Shown here: positions 1 to 10,228 of the stretch, in pieces
How positions within the stretch are numbered: position 1 is the stretch's first letter
Layout: every line of letters begins with the position of its first letter
Source: Obrimoposthia wandeli
Lineage: Eukaryota
Assembly: GCA_977020255.1 (NCBI GenBank)
Contig: CDROCS010001143.1
Span: 124,001-188,000 of the forward strand
DNA length: 64,000 nt
Reading direction: 5' to 3'
Translations under genes and position numbers: made by a program
The notes under the pieces: generated by a model
Databases searched by the model: none
What the model was told of the DNA's origin: nothing
What the model saw: only the letters and a program-made list of their open reading frames with translations

Positions 1-1745
1 GCGGTTATTTTATCTAACTGGTTACCTACTCTCACAATTCTATAGTTTTGCTTTTCCCAAAACAGTATTAAATCTTGTTGTAGTGAAAAATTAGCCCCTA
101 CGTAATCACAGTTACTTTGCTGCGCCCATTCATTAACAGTATCTAGTAAGCTCGCTGCTATTCCTTGGTGTCTGAAACCAAAGGCTGTCGCTATTCTTAC
201 CACTCTTGCCACTTTGATATTTTTTGCCGATAAATAGCCTTCCTGTGCGATTAACACTTGGGGTAATAAATTCCCTCTTGGTCGACGCAATCCACGATAC
301 ATCGCTAGCGCTAACTGCTCACCGTCCATCCCTTGGCTATCATCTGTAAAATCTTTAAAAACCCCCTCTATAGCGACTAAGCAGGCTGAAATTACATGAT
401 CATCAATAATCGCTATCCATAAATGCATATTCGGACTATCTAATATAATGCGCAAATCATTGGGCGTAGTTCTATAATGTGCTTGTGAAAGTAAACTAAA
501 TAATTGCTGTAACTGTTTAGGCTTTTCAAGTAATTCACTACTTGAAACCTTTATGATTGAGCAAGCTTTGTGACTATCCGCTGTGGCCAACTGATTGATA
601 AATGATGAGGTACTATGCTCTAGAAACAAAAGTTTATTTATCCACCGTTCAAGTGGATCATTTTCAGCCCAACGCATAGCGAGCTCTAATGTATGTTCTT
701 TAACCAAACGGCGTTTTTTCTTTAAATATTGCACAAAACGTAAATTAAAGCCTTGTCCTGTACCTTCATAACCTTGTGTTGTTGTACTAAATACCACTTG
801 CCTAAATTTTTTAGTTAGCTTGAGTAACACATCGACACTAATACTCGCTGCTTCATCCACCATCAATATAGCGTTTTCCTGCGCGATAAAATCGATATTT
901 AGCAGAACTTGGGGCGATAAAAAAACTAATGATTCATCTGAAAACTTCTCTACTTGCCGTATCGCTTGTTTTCGAGCAGCAGTGATATAAATCGTTTTAT
1001 GAGGGGACAATTGCTGGGATAACAAACCTAATGCAGCAGATTTACCTCGTCCTCTTGCAGCGGTAAGCACAATCACAGCATCATTATTTTTTAACAGATA
1101 ATCTGCACTTTTAGATACGAACTGTTGCTGCCTGTGCACAGCGACACGATTAAACGAGTTCGATTTAACAACAGGTAAAGAGCCATTGGTATGAGCCTTT
1201 TTTTCAGAAATTAATTCTCTCGTTGTAAAAGCTGCTTGTGAAAATTGAACCAGGTCTGTACATGCCACCAAACTGCTTTTTAACCAATTCAAAAAATAGC
1301 GATTCACATCCATTAAAGTAAAAGGTTGCACCCAAAGATTATCTAGCTCCGGCTCTTGCCAGTTGCTCCATTGCTCAATTTCCGGCGTGAGTAAAATAAA
1401 TACTCCACCAGCAGATAATGTACCTGAAATCTGCGCTAGGCTATCAGGATTAAAGCCACTGTAGCCATCAAATACTATCAACTGATGCTCTGCACCTAAA
1501 TATTTATGACAGTCTTTCGCATCAATTTGAGTGGAGCTAATCGCGTTAAATTGGGCTTCATTGAAATACTCTGCAATCACACCTTTACTGAAAATTGCGA
1601 TACTGCTGTGCACTAACAGTAATGATTTAATGGCAATAAGTTGCTGGTAACACCAGTTTTGTTCTCCACTTAACCATAAAAGCTGACGATGAGAATGCGC
1701 TGTGGCTTTTATTGAACATTGCTGATAAATATTGTCTAGGCGCAT
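1..1745 (-). CDS. tmcA: tRNA(Met) cytidine acetyltransferase TmcA (partial; 3' end runs off the window)
   Basis: Not in the ORF track. Translated by hand from ATG at 1745 (MRLDNIYQQCSIKATAHSHRQLLWLSGE), with an AGAGG RBS upstream. Contains the Walker A motif VLTAARGRGKSAALG typical of TmcA. Confidence 0.9.
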   Translation of the reverse strand, partial: MRLDNIYQQCSIKATAHSHRQLLWLSGEQNWCYQQLIAIKSLLLVHSSIAIFSKGVIAEYFNEAQFNAISSTQIDAKDCHKYLGAEHQLIVFDGYSGFNPDSLAQISGTLSAGGVFILLTPEIEQWSNWQEPELDNLWVQPFTLMDVNRYFLNWLKSSLVACTDLVQFSQAAFTTRELISEKKAHTNGSLPVVKSNSFNRVAVHRQQQFVSKSADYLLKNNDAVIVLTAARGRGKSAALGLLSQQLSPHKTIYITAARKQAIRQVEKFSDESLVFLSPQVLLNIDFIAQENAILMVDEAASISVDVLLKLTKKFRQVVFSTTTQGYEGTGQGFNLRFVQYLKKKRRLVKEHTLELAMRWAENDPLERWINKLLFLEHSTSSFINQLATADSHKACSIIKVSSSELLEKPKQLQQLFSLLSQAHYRTTPNDLRIILDSPNMHLWIAIIDDHVISACLVAIEGVFKDFTDDSQGMDGEQLALAMYRGLRRPRGNLLPQVLIAQEGYLSAKNIKVARVVRIATAFGFRHQGIAASLLDTVNEWAQQSNCDYVGANFSLQQDLILFWEKQNYRIVRVGNQLDKIT

Positions 1746-1837
1746 ACTTGTTTGCCTCTACCTCATATTCCACTGAGACAAGCTAAAAGTTTTCGAGTGG
1801 TTCAAACTGAAGCCTCTGTTCAATTATCAGTTTTAAG

Positions 1838-3295
1838 TTAAAGCGCATCAAGTAATAGTTCAATATGAAATTTTGTACCGTTCTCTTCATCTGAAGTAAC
1901 TGCCATACGCCCTTGATGTTGCTCTGTAATAATAAAGTTTGAAAAAGATAGACGTTTTTGGGAATCTACATCTCGTTGCGGCAAAATAACGCTTAGTGAA
2001 GGTTCAAAAATGCTAATTTGTTCTTCATCACTTAAAATAGCTCCGTTATGATGCAAACACACCCACAAACTATCTACTTCTTTATTAATACTAATCTTTA
2101 TGAAGGGTTGTTGCTCTTTGTTATTCATCTGATCTAGTGCATAGCATGCATGTCGTATTAACGTTAGAAAAACATGCTGTAGCTCTGTAGGATAACAGTA
2201 GAGTAAAGGCAGGTTTTTTTGATAATCATATTCAATTTTAATACCAGAAAATTGCAACTTGCCAGGCAGTAACAACATATCTTTAGCTAACATCACTGCA
2301 TTATCGACTAACACTGTAACTTGCTGCTGCTGCTTCTTCTCGTTTCGCCCTCTTGAAAAGCTAAGCAAGTTTTTCACAATTGAAGCCACTGTCTCAGCTC
2401 TACTTGATGCATCTGATAACAATAATTGTAACTTTTCAGCGTTTATATGATCAATACTCTCTTTGTCATTAGACTTGGCGAGTAATTGTTGAAAGCTTTG
2501 TAAATCTAGCAACATGCCTTGCAATGGTGTATTAATATCATGCGCCATAGAAGAGGCAAGTTCAGTTACTGACGCTATTTTCTCATTGTGAATAAGCATG
2601 TTCTCAGCTTGCTTTTGCTTGGAAACATCATTTACGAGTATCACTACCCCTTGATTTCCAGCACCCTTGAGTGGGTATAAAGTTACATCATAAAAATGAA
2701 CACCTCTTTGGCGATGTGGGTAAGTAAAAGCTTCACCTTTTTCGATAACCAGTGCCACTTGCTCCCAAGTTAATACAATTTCTGGATATACCTGCCACAA
2801 ATTGTTACCAATCGCTGAGGTGGCAGCTATTCCCGATAATTCTTCAGCTTTTTCGTTCCACTGTGTAATAGTGCCTTTTGCATCTAAACTGACCAACACT
2901 AACGGCATTGAGGCTAAAATATTTTTGATATAAGATTCTGAGCTTAACAATTGTTCACTTGTTGTTAAGTGCTGATTGACTTCTTTTTCTAAAAGCAGAT
3001 TTGACTCAACTAAGCGATGGTTTGCTTTATCTAAGGTGGCAGTACGCTCTGCCACACTATCTTCTAATCCTTCACGAATAGCATGCAATTGATCATTTGA
3101 TTTTCTAAGCCTACGATGCGCTATAAATAAGCTAGAAAGCAATATTGCCAGGCTTAAAATTAAAGTAACGGCACTCCAATTGGCCAAATGCTGCCAGTTA
3201 GTTTTACCCGCCTCGTCTTTAAACAAACCGGATAAATCTGCCATGGCATTACTACTAATTAAAGAGAAAAGTGCTAGTGGAATACTTTTTATCAT
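1838..3295 (-). CDS. PAS-domain sensor histidine kinase-like protein with degenerate HATPase domain
   Basis: Signal-like N-terminus, one TM helix, coiled coil, PAS (ITQWNEKAEELSG), H-box AHDINTPLQG. N, G1 and G2 boxes are altered. Confidence 0.8.
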   Translation of the reverse strand: MIKSIPLALFSLISSNAMADLSGLFKDEAGKTNWQHLANWSAVTLILSLAILLSSLFIAHRRLRKSNDQLHAIREGLEDSVAERTATLDKANHRLVESNLLLEKEVNQHLTTSEQLLSSESYIKNILASMPLVLVSLDAKGTITQWNEKAEELSGIAATSAIGNNLWQVYPEIVLTWEQVALVIEKGEAFTYPHRQRGVHFYDVTLYPLKGAGNQGVVILVNDVSKQKQAENMLIHNEKIASVTELASSMAHDINTPLQGMLLDLQSFQQLLAKSNDKESIDHINAEKLQLLLSDASSRAETVASIVKNLLSFSRGRNEKKQQQQVTVLVDNAVMLAKDMLLLPGKLQFSGIKIEYDYQKNLPLLYCYPTELQHVFLTLIRHACYALDQMNNKEQQPFIKISINKEVDSLWVCLHHNGAILSDEEQISIFEPSLSVILPQRDVDSQKRLSFSNFIITEQHQGRMAVTSDEENGTKFHIELLLDAL

Positions 3296-3560
3296 TACTT
3301 ATGGCTACCTAAAATACTTTTGATAGAATACAACTATTCTAAAAGCGCCTCGCTGGCTTGAGACGTACTAAATATGGTGCGTATCATTGATATTAATCGC
3401 ACATAAGCTCTAAGCCTCGGTTGCGTCTTGATACACAGGCTAATTATAGCGAAGTTATTCTTGAGTACTGAATCATTTATTAATAAAAAGGGCGTTAAAG
3501 CACGATGATGAGTGTTCTAATCGAAAACAACTTAAAACTAGCCATTTAATTGCGTGAAAT

Positions 3561-6500
3561 TTATGCAGCTTTGGAAATATCAATAACCTGGGAAGCTTCT
3601 TGTACCACTGCTTTTTTACGGCGCATCCATCCAAACCATTGTTTCTCACCGATCACCAACAAGCAAGGTGTTAAAAAAAGTGTCAATACCGTGGCAAAAC
3701 TTAAGCCCCCTGCAATAGTGCTCGATAGTTGAGTCCACCACTGGGTCGATGGAGCACCAAAGCTAATACTGCGATTAATCAAATCAATATTCATGGCCAA
3801 GACCATTGGCATTAAACCTAGTATTGTCGTGATAGCCGTTAATAAAACCGGACGCATGCGAATACTACCGGTGTGCAAAGCGGCATCAAAAGAGCTAAAC
3901 CCAGCACGTCGCATATCGTTATAGCAATCAATAAGCACAATATTGTTATTAACCACTATACCTGCCAGCGCTATTATTCCCACCCCTCCCATAACAATAC
4001 CAAAAGGCTGCCCTGTCACCATCAAACCGACAAGAACACCAGCTGTTGAGAAAACAATCGCCGATAGTACTATAAACGCCTGATAAATATTATTAAATTG
4101 AGTCACTAAAATGAGTAACATCATAAATATAGCGATAGAAAATGCTGTGGATAAGAACTCACCTGTCTCTTTTTGCTCCTCATCTTCTCCTTTAAACTCA
4201 ATGCGGACCTCTGGATCAAAAGAAGTTTCAGCGAGTAACCTTTGCATTTCTTGCACTTTATCGTTAACTAATATTCCCTCAACAACTTCTGATTGAATAG
4301 TAATCACTCGCCGTGAATCTGTCCGTTTTATTGAACCTGTTTTCTGCTGAGGCTCAAGCGTTACAAAATTACTTAAAGGAACAAGCCCTTTACTCGTGAA
4401 TAATTGCATTTGCATAAGTTGATCTAAATTGCGCTTTTCTCGCGGAAATCTTAATCTAATATCCACTTCATCATCAGCTGATTCAGGGCGATAGTCTGTT
4501 AATTTAATACCGTTGGTAATTAATTTTACCGCTTCGCCTACCGCTGCAACACTCGCACCATAGCGCGCTGCTTCTTCACGATCTACCATAATGCGCCACT
4601 CAATTCCCGGTAACGGTCTATCATCTTCTTGCGCGACAAACCCACCCACTTGTTTCATTGCCGCTCTTACTTTTGTCACTGCATCGAATATTTTATCTTC
4701 ATTAATGCCGCTCACGTGTAATTTAAAAGGCTTACCTGAAGATGGCCCGTTCTCTGCTTTGCGTGTTTCTACCACCACTCCTGGTATATCCTGGGTTGCT
4801 TCACTCATCTGCTGTAAAATTTCACTCGCCGTTAAACGAGTATCCCAATCGTCTAATTGAAATTGAATAACAGCGACGATATCTTCACTAGTATTTTGGT
4901 TATAACTGCGCGCATAAATCGATTTATAGCCCGCGATATCTTTAACACTAGCTTCTACTTTTCTTAATAATTTATCTTTGTCATCAACAGACAATTCCCC
5001 TCGAGCATGCAGGTTTATCAACACCATATCAGGCTCAACATCCGGAAAAAACTCGACACCTTTACCAAATTTACTATAGGCAAGACCTGTACAGCCGATA
5101 AATACTAAAGTACAAAGTAGTGTCAATACTGGCCATTTTAAAGCGCCTGATAAAATGACCCGATAGCCCTTGTTAAACTTCCCCTTTGGTAAATCGTACT
5201 CCCCTGCTAACGCCTCTACTTTTGGTTTCTTAGCCCCTGTGATAGATCCCAAAACAGGAATAAAGATTAACGCCATAAACAGCGATGCTGTTAAGCAAAC
5301 TAGCACTGTTGCCGGTAAATATTTCATGAATTGCCCAATAACTCCCGGCCAAAACATCAATGGCATGAATACCACAAGTGTTGTGGCTGTTCCTGCAATA
5401 ACAGGCCAAGCCATACGACCTGCAGCATACGTAAATGCTTCCTTCGCAGACAACCCTTGGTTTTGTCTTCGCTCGGCCAGCTCTGCCACAACGATAGCGC
5501 CATCTACTAGCATTCCTACCACTAAGATTAAACTAAACAGAACCACTATGTTTAGTGTAAATCCAATCAGATTCAATACCACTAAACTGGCCAGAAAAGA
5601 CCCAGGTATCGCAAGTCCAACTAACAGTGAAGCTCTTAACCCCATCGCTGCTAACACCACCACCATCACTAAGATAATACCACTTAACACGTTATTCATT
5701 AGATCTTTCAACATGTCGTCTATCTGTATCGACTGATCAAGTATATAGGCATGATTTAAACCTTCTGGCCAGGCACTTTTACGCTGTTGTACGACATCTT
5801 GAATTTGATCAATAGTTTCAATAATGTTGGCGCCAACTTGTTTTGTCACTTCTAATACTAGTGCCGACTCGCCATTAACACGTGCATAACCTTCTGAGTC
5901 TTTATAAGTCAAACGTATTTGCGCGACATCTTTTAAAGTGACAACCGTACCCTTATCTGCTTTAATTGGCATTGAAAGCATGTCTTCTACGTTTTCAACC
6001 ACACCAGGTACTTTTAAGACTTGGCGGCCATTACCCGTATCAACGGCTCCTGCAGCCACTAACTGATTATTTTGTGATACGGTATTGATAATAGATGTGA
6101 AATCCAGTTGGTAAGTTTCCAATGCTTGTGGCTCAACGATGATTTCCATTTGCTCTTCACGTTCACCCCCTATCTCAACTTTTAAAACGCCTTCAATTCC
6201 TTCGATTTGCTCTTTTAGATCTTTTGCTATTTTAAGTTTAATACGTTCCGAAACAGCTCCAGATAGGGCTATATTTAGAACAGGGAAAAGCGCAACATTG
6301 ACCTCTTCAATAATGGGTTCATCAGCACCTTCTGGCAGCTCTACTTTCGCAATATCTACCTTTTCGCGAACATCCACCAGCGCTTTTTCATTATCAAAAC
6401 CCGCTTCAAACTCAAGCACGACAGAAGCATGCCCTTCAGAGCCTGTGGATCTCAGCTCTTTAATGCCCTCTATGGTTTTCAGTTCTTTTTCCATAGGCCT

Positions 6501-6698
6501 AACTAACAAGCGCACGGCGTCGTCAGGAGAGATTCCACTATAGGGGATAGACACATAAATAATAGGGATGGCAACGTCTGGATCAGCTTCTTTTGGTATT
6601 GCATTAAACGCTGCGTAACCGCTAATTAAAATGAATAATAATATCAATACGATAGTACGAGATCTATCTATCGCCGCTGCAATAACTGCACTAATCAT
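3561..6698 (-). CDS. RND efflux transporter permease (AcrB/AcrD/AcrF family)
   Basis: 1045 aa with two TM bundles and motifs GMLVDGAIVV, GIVVNNNIVLID and RMRPVLLTAITTILGL. Confidence 0.92.
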   Translation of the reverse strand: MISAVIAAAIDRSRTIVLILLFILISGYAAFNAIPKEADPDVAIPIIYVSIPYSGISPDDAVRLLVRPMEKELKTIEGIKELRSTGSEGHASVVLEFEAGFDNEKALVDVREKVDIAKVELPEGADEPIIEEVNVALFPVLNIALSGAVSERIKLKIAKDLKEQIEGIEGVLKVEIGGEREEQMEIIVEPQALETYQLDFTSIINTVSQNNQLVAAGAVDTGNGRQVLKVPGVVENVEDMLSMPIKADKGTVVTLKDVAQIRLTYKDSEGYARVNGESALVLEVTKQVGANIIETIDQIQDVVQQRKSAWPEGLNHAYILDQSIQIDDMLKDLMNNVLSGIILVMVVVLAAMGLRASLLVGLAIPGSFLASLVVLNLIGFTLNIVVLFSLILVVGMLVDGAIVVAELAERRQNQGLSAKEAFTYAAGRMAWPVIAGTATTLVVFMPLMFWPGVIGQFMKYLPATVLVCLTASLFMALIFIPVLGSITGAKKPKVEALAGEYDLPKGKFNKGYRVILSGALKWPVLTLLCTLVFIGCTGLAYSKFGKGVEFFPDVEPDMVLINLHARGELSVDDKDKLLRKVEASVKDIAGYKSIYARSYNQNTSEDIVAVIQFQLDDWDTRLTASEILQQMSEATQDIPGVVVETRKAENGPSSGKPFKLHVSGINEDKIFDAVTKVRAAMKQVGGFVAQEDDRPLPGIEWRIMVDREEAARYGASVAAVGEAVKLITNGIKLTDYRPESADDEVDIRLRFPREKRNLDQLMQMQLFTSKGLVPLSNFVTLEPQQKTGSIKRTDSRRVITIQSEVVEGILVNDKVQEMQRLLAETSFDPEVRIEFKGEDEEQKETGEFLSTAFSIAIFMMLLILVTQFNNIYQAFIVLSAIVFSTAGVLVGLMVTGQPFGIVMGGVGIIALAGIVVNNNIVLIDCYNDMRRAGFSSFDAALHTGSIRMRPVLLTAITTILGLMPMVLAMNIDLINRSISFGAPSTQWWTQLSSTIAGGLSFATVLTLFLTPCLLVIGEKQWFGWMRRKKAVVQEASQVIDISKAA

Positions 6699-6702
6699 TA
6701 CT

Positions 6703-7833
6703 CTATCCCTTCACTGCTTGCAAACCAGAAGCATCTGTATTGCTATCATCAATTTTTGCCGAGTTTTGAGGTTCAGTTACTACTTCAGCAATAGGGTCAA
6801 TTATTTGCGCTTCACTGACAAAATCTTTTCCTTGAGTGATAACCACTACTTGATCGTTTAAGCCTTTTAACCAAAAGCCAGATTTATCAGTTCTTATAAT
6901 AGTGACTATCGCTGAACGCACTTGGTTTTTATCATCAATTAGCTTTACTTCTAAACTGCCATTGCTATTCAATCCTAATACGGAGTTGGGTAGTAAGTGC
7001 CCTTCTTCTATTCCCAATGGCAGCTTCAAAGAAGCAGTTAACCCGATTAAACGCTTAAGTTGTGGGTTGTCTAAAAGCACTTCTACTCGATAACTACGAG
7101 TAACCGAATCTGCAACTCTTGAAATAAAGCGTAACTTTCCAAACGCTGTAAGACCATTACTCAAGCTTATCTCTACGGCTTCGTTTAACTGTAAATCACC
7201 GACATTCTTTTGCGGAACCTGTCCGGTAACTTTTAAGCTCGTATCATCAATCAACGTACCTATAACATCACCTTTTTGTAAATAATCACCCATTTCGACA
7301 CTGCGTGAGTTTAGTACGCCATTAAAAGGTGCGAATACATTTGCGCTATTTACTTCATGCTGAATTGTGGCTAAATCAGCACGGGCTGTTTGTACCGCTG
7401 CTTGATCTGCAATCACTCTATTTTCAGCAATTAGACCGCGCTTCTTTAATTTTCTAGTCGCTGATAAATCGCTATTTCTTTGACGCAACACTGCTTTCGC
7501 CTGCGAGAGCTGCTTAAGCCGATAATCAGCAGATAAAGTAACGATAGAAACACCTTCTTTGATTCGATCCCCCTCATCTACCGGTAATTCAGCAATGCGC
7601 CCATCAACTTCAACCTTAATATCAACCGAACGATTAGCTTCAACTTGCCCTTGGACCGTAACAAAACGCTGCACTGTTGATATTTTTGAAGATAATACAC
7701 TTACCTTCATTAACGGCTTTGTTTCTGTTTTAGTTTGTTTTGCTGTTTCATTGGCATTGCTATCAGCGCCGGATGACATCCACAAGCCTAGTGCTACGAC
7801 GACGACTAAAGCTAAAAAAATTGATTTATTCAT
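6703..7833 (-). CDS. RND membrane fusion protein (periplasmic adaptor)
   Basis: N-terminal anchor, lipoyl-like motifs (APFNGVL, EVDGRI), ADSVTRSYRVEV; lies directly upstream of the RND permease. Confidence 0.9.
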   Translation of the reverse strand: MNKSIFLALVVVVALGLWMSSGADSNANETAKQTKTETKPLMKVSVLSSKISTVQRFVTVQGQVEANRSVDIKVEVDGRIAELPVDEGDRIKEGVSIVTLSADYRLKQLSQAKAVLRQRNSDLSATRKLKKRGLIAENRVIADQAAVQTARADLATIQHEVNSANVFAPFNGVLNSRSVEMGDYLQKGDVIGTLIDDTSLKVTGQVPQKNVGDLQLNEAVEISLSNGLTAFGKLRFISRVADSVTRSYRVEVLLDNPQLKRLIGLTASLKLPLGIEEGHLLPNSVLGLNSNGSLEVKLIDDKNQVRSAIVTIIRTDKSGFWLKGLNDQVVVITQGKDFVSEAQIIDPIAEVVTEPQNSAKIDDSNTDASGLQAVKG

Positions 7834-8228
7834 TGCTTATTTCTCTTATCTGCCTGTTTCTTTATACCAATAAACGCTACTTCTGCATTGTAGAGTCTTC
7901 ATCTTTCCCTCTATTTTTACAATAGTGAAGGCAAAGGCGATTGAAAGCTTCGCTGTATAGTCTAGTTAAGTTCTGTTATCAGCATTCTATTATGCCAAAG
8001 CAAGCTTACATACAATATCTATTTTTTGTATGGAAACTGTTATTGATCATTGCCCTAGAAACACTTGTTATAAGTATGAAACATCCTTTCCCTTACGATA
8101 ATTAAGAAATCTGCCACTCGTATAATTTACTTTAAGCTTTAAATATTTTTAAAGCACTGGACATTGCCTTTGCTTTACGTAAAATCATTACAGAAAATAA
8201 CAACTAAAGAATTAGAGAGGAATAAATT

Positions 8229-9236
8229 TTGAAATTCAATAAATTAGCATTAACTTCTGCAGTCATTCTCGGTGGTTTATCATTACAGCTTAGCGCCGCC
8301 ACTCAATGGAATGTTTCTCTTTGGGGAAAGCCGAGAGCTTTTACCGCACACGTTGAAAAAATAGCCGAGCTAGTAGAACAAAAAACCAATGGCGATTTTA
8401 AACTAAATATCTCCTATGGAGGCTTGTCTAAAAACAAAGAAAACTTAGACGGAATTTCAATTGGCGCTTTTGAAATGGCACAGTTTTGTGCGGGTTACCA
8501 CAGAGATAAAAACCCAACCATCACTGTTATGGAATTACCATTTCTAGGTGTCTCTTCATTGAAAGAAGAAGCTAAAATTGCCACGGCATTATACAAGCAC
8601 CCTGCTGTCATAAAAGATCTCGCCAGATGGAATGCCACTATTTTAATGCCAACCCCAATGCCGCAATATAATATTATTGGCGTCGGTAATGCACCTGAAA
8701 CAGTCGCTGATTTTGCAGGCATGCGAGTACGTGCTACTGGCGGTATCGGTAAAGCACTCGCTAGTATTAAAGCAGTACCTACTTCAGTAACTGCCACTGA
8801 AGTAAGAACTGCATTAGATTCAGGGGTAGTATCAGCCGTCGCATTTGCACCACATGCACATATGGCATATGGCACTACAAACGCAGCTAAATGGTGGACT
8901 TCGAACTTGAATCCAGGCACTGTAAATTGCCCGGTCGTTGTCAATACTGATTCTCTTGCAGCGTTAAGTGATACTAATAAAGCTGCATTGCTTGGCTCTG
9001 TTGAAGAGTCTATTAATCACTACATTGCCAATTATGAAGGAAAAACCATGGATAAATGGGGACCTTTATTAGCGGATAAAAATATAAAACGTATTACTTT
9101 TAGCGATGCTGAATTAAGCGCTTTTAAGAAAACGGCTGCTGCACCTATTCGCGATGAATGGATAGCAACTATGACGGCTAAAGGGCTGCCAGCACAAGAG
9201 CTTTATGATTTAGTTAGCTCAATGATTGGTAAATAG
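8229..9236 (+). CDS. dctP: TRAP transporter substrate-binding protein (DctP family)
   Basis: TTG start with AGAGG RBS, signal peptide, motifs MELPFLG and GMRVRATG; followed by DctQ- and DctM-like genes. Confidence 0.85.
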   Translation: MKFNKLALTSAVILGGLSLQLSAATQWNVSLWGKPRAFTAHVEKIAELVEQKTNGDFKLNISYGGLSKNKENLDGISIGAFEMAQFCAGYHRDKNPTITVMELPFLGVSSLKEEAKIATALYKHPAVIKDLARWNATILMPTPMPQYNIIGVGNAPETVADFAGMRVRATGGIGKALASIKAVPTSVTATEVRTALDSGVVSAVAFAPHAHMAYGTTNAAKWWTSNLNPGTVNCPVVVNTDSLAALSDTNKAALLGSVEESINHYIANYEGKTMDKWGPLLADKNIKRITFSDAELSAFKKTAAAPIRDEWIATMTAKGLPAQELYDLVSSMIGK

Positions 9237-9424
9237 TCATTAATTGATAAGTAGCATAAATTGATACCCCTAGTTTTTTTACCTTTACAACCGTTAAAAA
9301 AACATATGGATATTATCAGTGCTAACACTCAAATCGGTGATAAACATGGAGCAGTGAATATGCAGCATATTAAATGCAGCCATTGAACTACATCTAGCGT
9401 CTATCTTTGATAGTTGATTGCGTA

Positions 9425-9462
9425 ATCTATTTATTATCAGTAGCTACTGATAATAAATAGAT
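9425..9462. repeat. Perfect 38-bp palindrome
   Basis: ATCTATTTATTATCAGTAGCTACTGATAATAAATAGAT equals its own reverse complement (checked base by base). Confidence 0.95.
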
Positions 9463-9604
9463 ACTTTGTTAATAAACGATAGAATTAAGCACTTACTAAG
9501 CCCCGAAACTTCCTTCGTTCAAGTAGTGTTATTATTTAAACCAAGGAAAACGGTTATTTTCCAGCGTATAAATTGGCAGTTTCACACATGCCTTTGGAGT
9601 AGCT

Positions 9605-10228
9605 ATGTCTAGCACTTCTGATATTCTTCAGGACAACTCTGTGCTCAGCAAAATGGATCGGCTTTTTTTTAAGCTTGAAACTTTTATTGCTTTACTGGGT
9701 GGCATCACCATTTTTTTATTAGTATTACTCGCCGTATCCAATGTATTAGGCCGGTGGATGTTTTCTTTACCCGTATCGGGTTACATCGACTGGGTGGAGC
9801 AATCAATGGCCGTTTTTGCCTTTTTTGGCATCGCCTATTGTCAACGATTAGGTGGTCATATTCGTATGGATGCAGTCGTTTCACATCTAAAAGGGCGCGT
9901 TTTATGGGTGAGCGAATTTATCTCGACCGCGTTTATGCTAGGTATTACCTTAGTATTAGTTTATGGATCTTATCTACATTTTCTAAGAGCTTATACTAAT
10001 GGCGACAGCTCTATGGATATTAGTTTACCTATATGGCCTGCCAAGTTAATCGTACCCTTTGCACTTTCTATCCTGGCCATTCGATTAGTACTACAACTTT
10101 GGGGCTATTTAAGAGCAATTCGACTCAATTCGAATAATCCAATTGGCGTTCCATTAATTGAAGACGCTGCTACGCAAGCGGCGAAAGAAGCAGCCTCTGT
10201 GGCTGGTAACAAAGAGGACACTGTTTAA
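9605..10228 (+). CDS. dctQ: TRAP transporter small permease (DctQ family)
   Basis: 207 aa, four TM helices, GGHIRMD motif. Confidence 0.88.
   Translation: MSSTSDILQDNSVLSKMDRLFFKLETFIALLGGITIFLLVLLAVSNVLGRWMFSLPVSGYIDWVEQSMAVFAFFGIAYCQRLGGHIRMDAVVSHLKGRVLWVSEFISTAFMLGITLVLVYGSYLHFLRAYTNGDSSMDISLPIWPAKLIVPFALSILAIRLVLQLWGYLRAIRLNSNNPIGVPLIEDAATQAAKEAASVAGNKEDTV

Noticed and set aside
8158-8174. Possible sigma-54 promoter upstream of dctP (TGGACATTGCCTTTGC)
   Set aside because: The GG-to-GC spacing is 11 nt, not the required 10.
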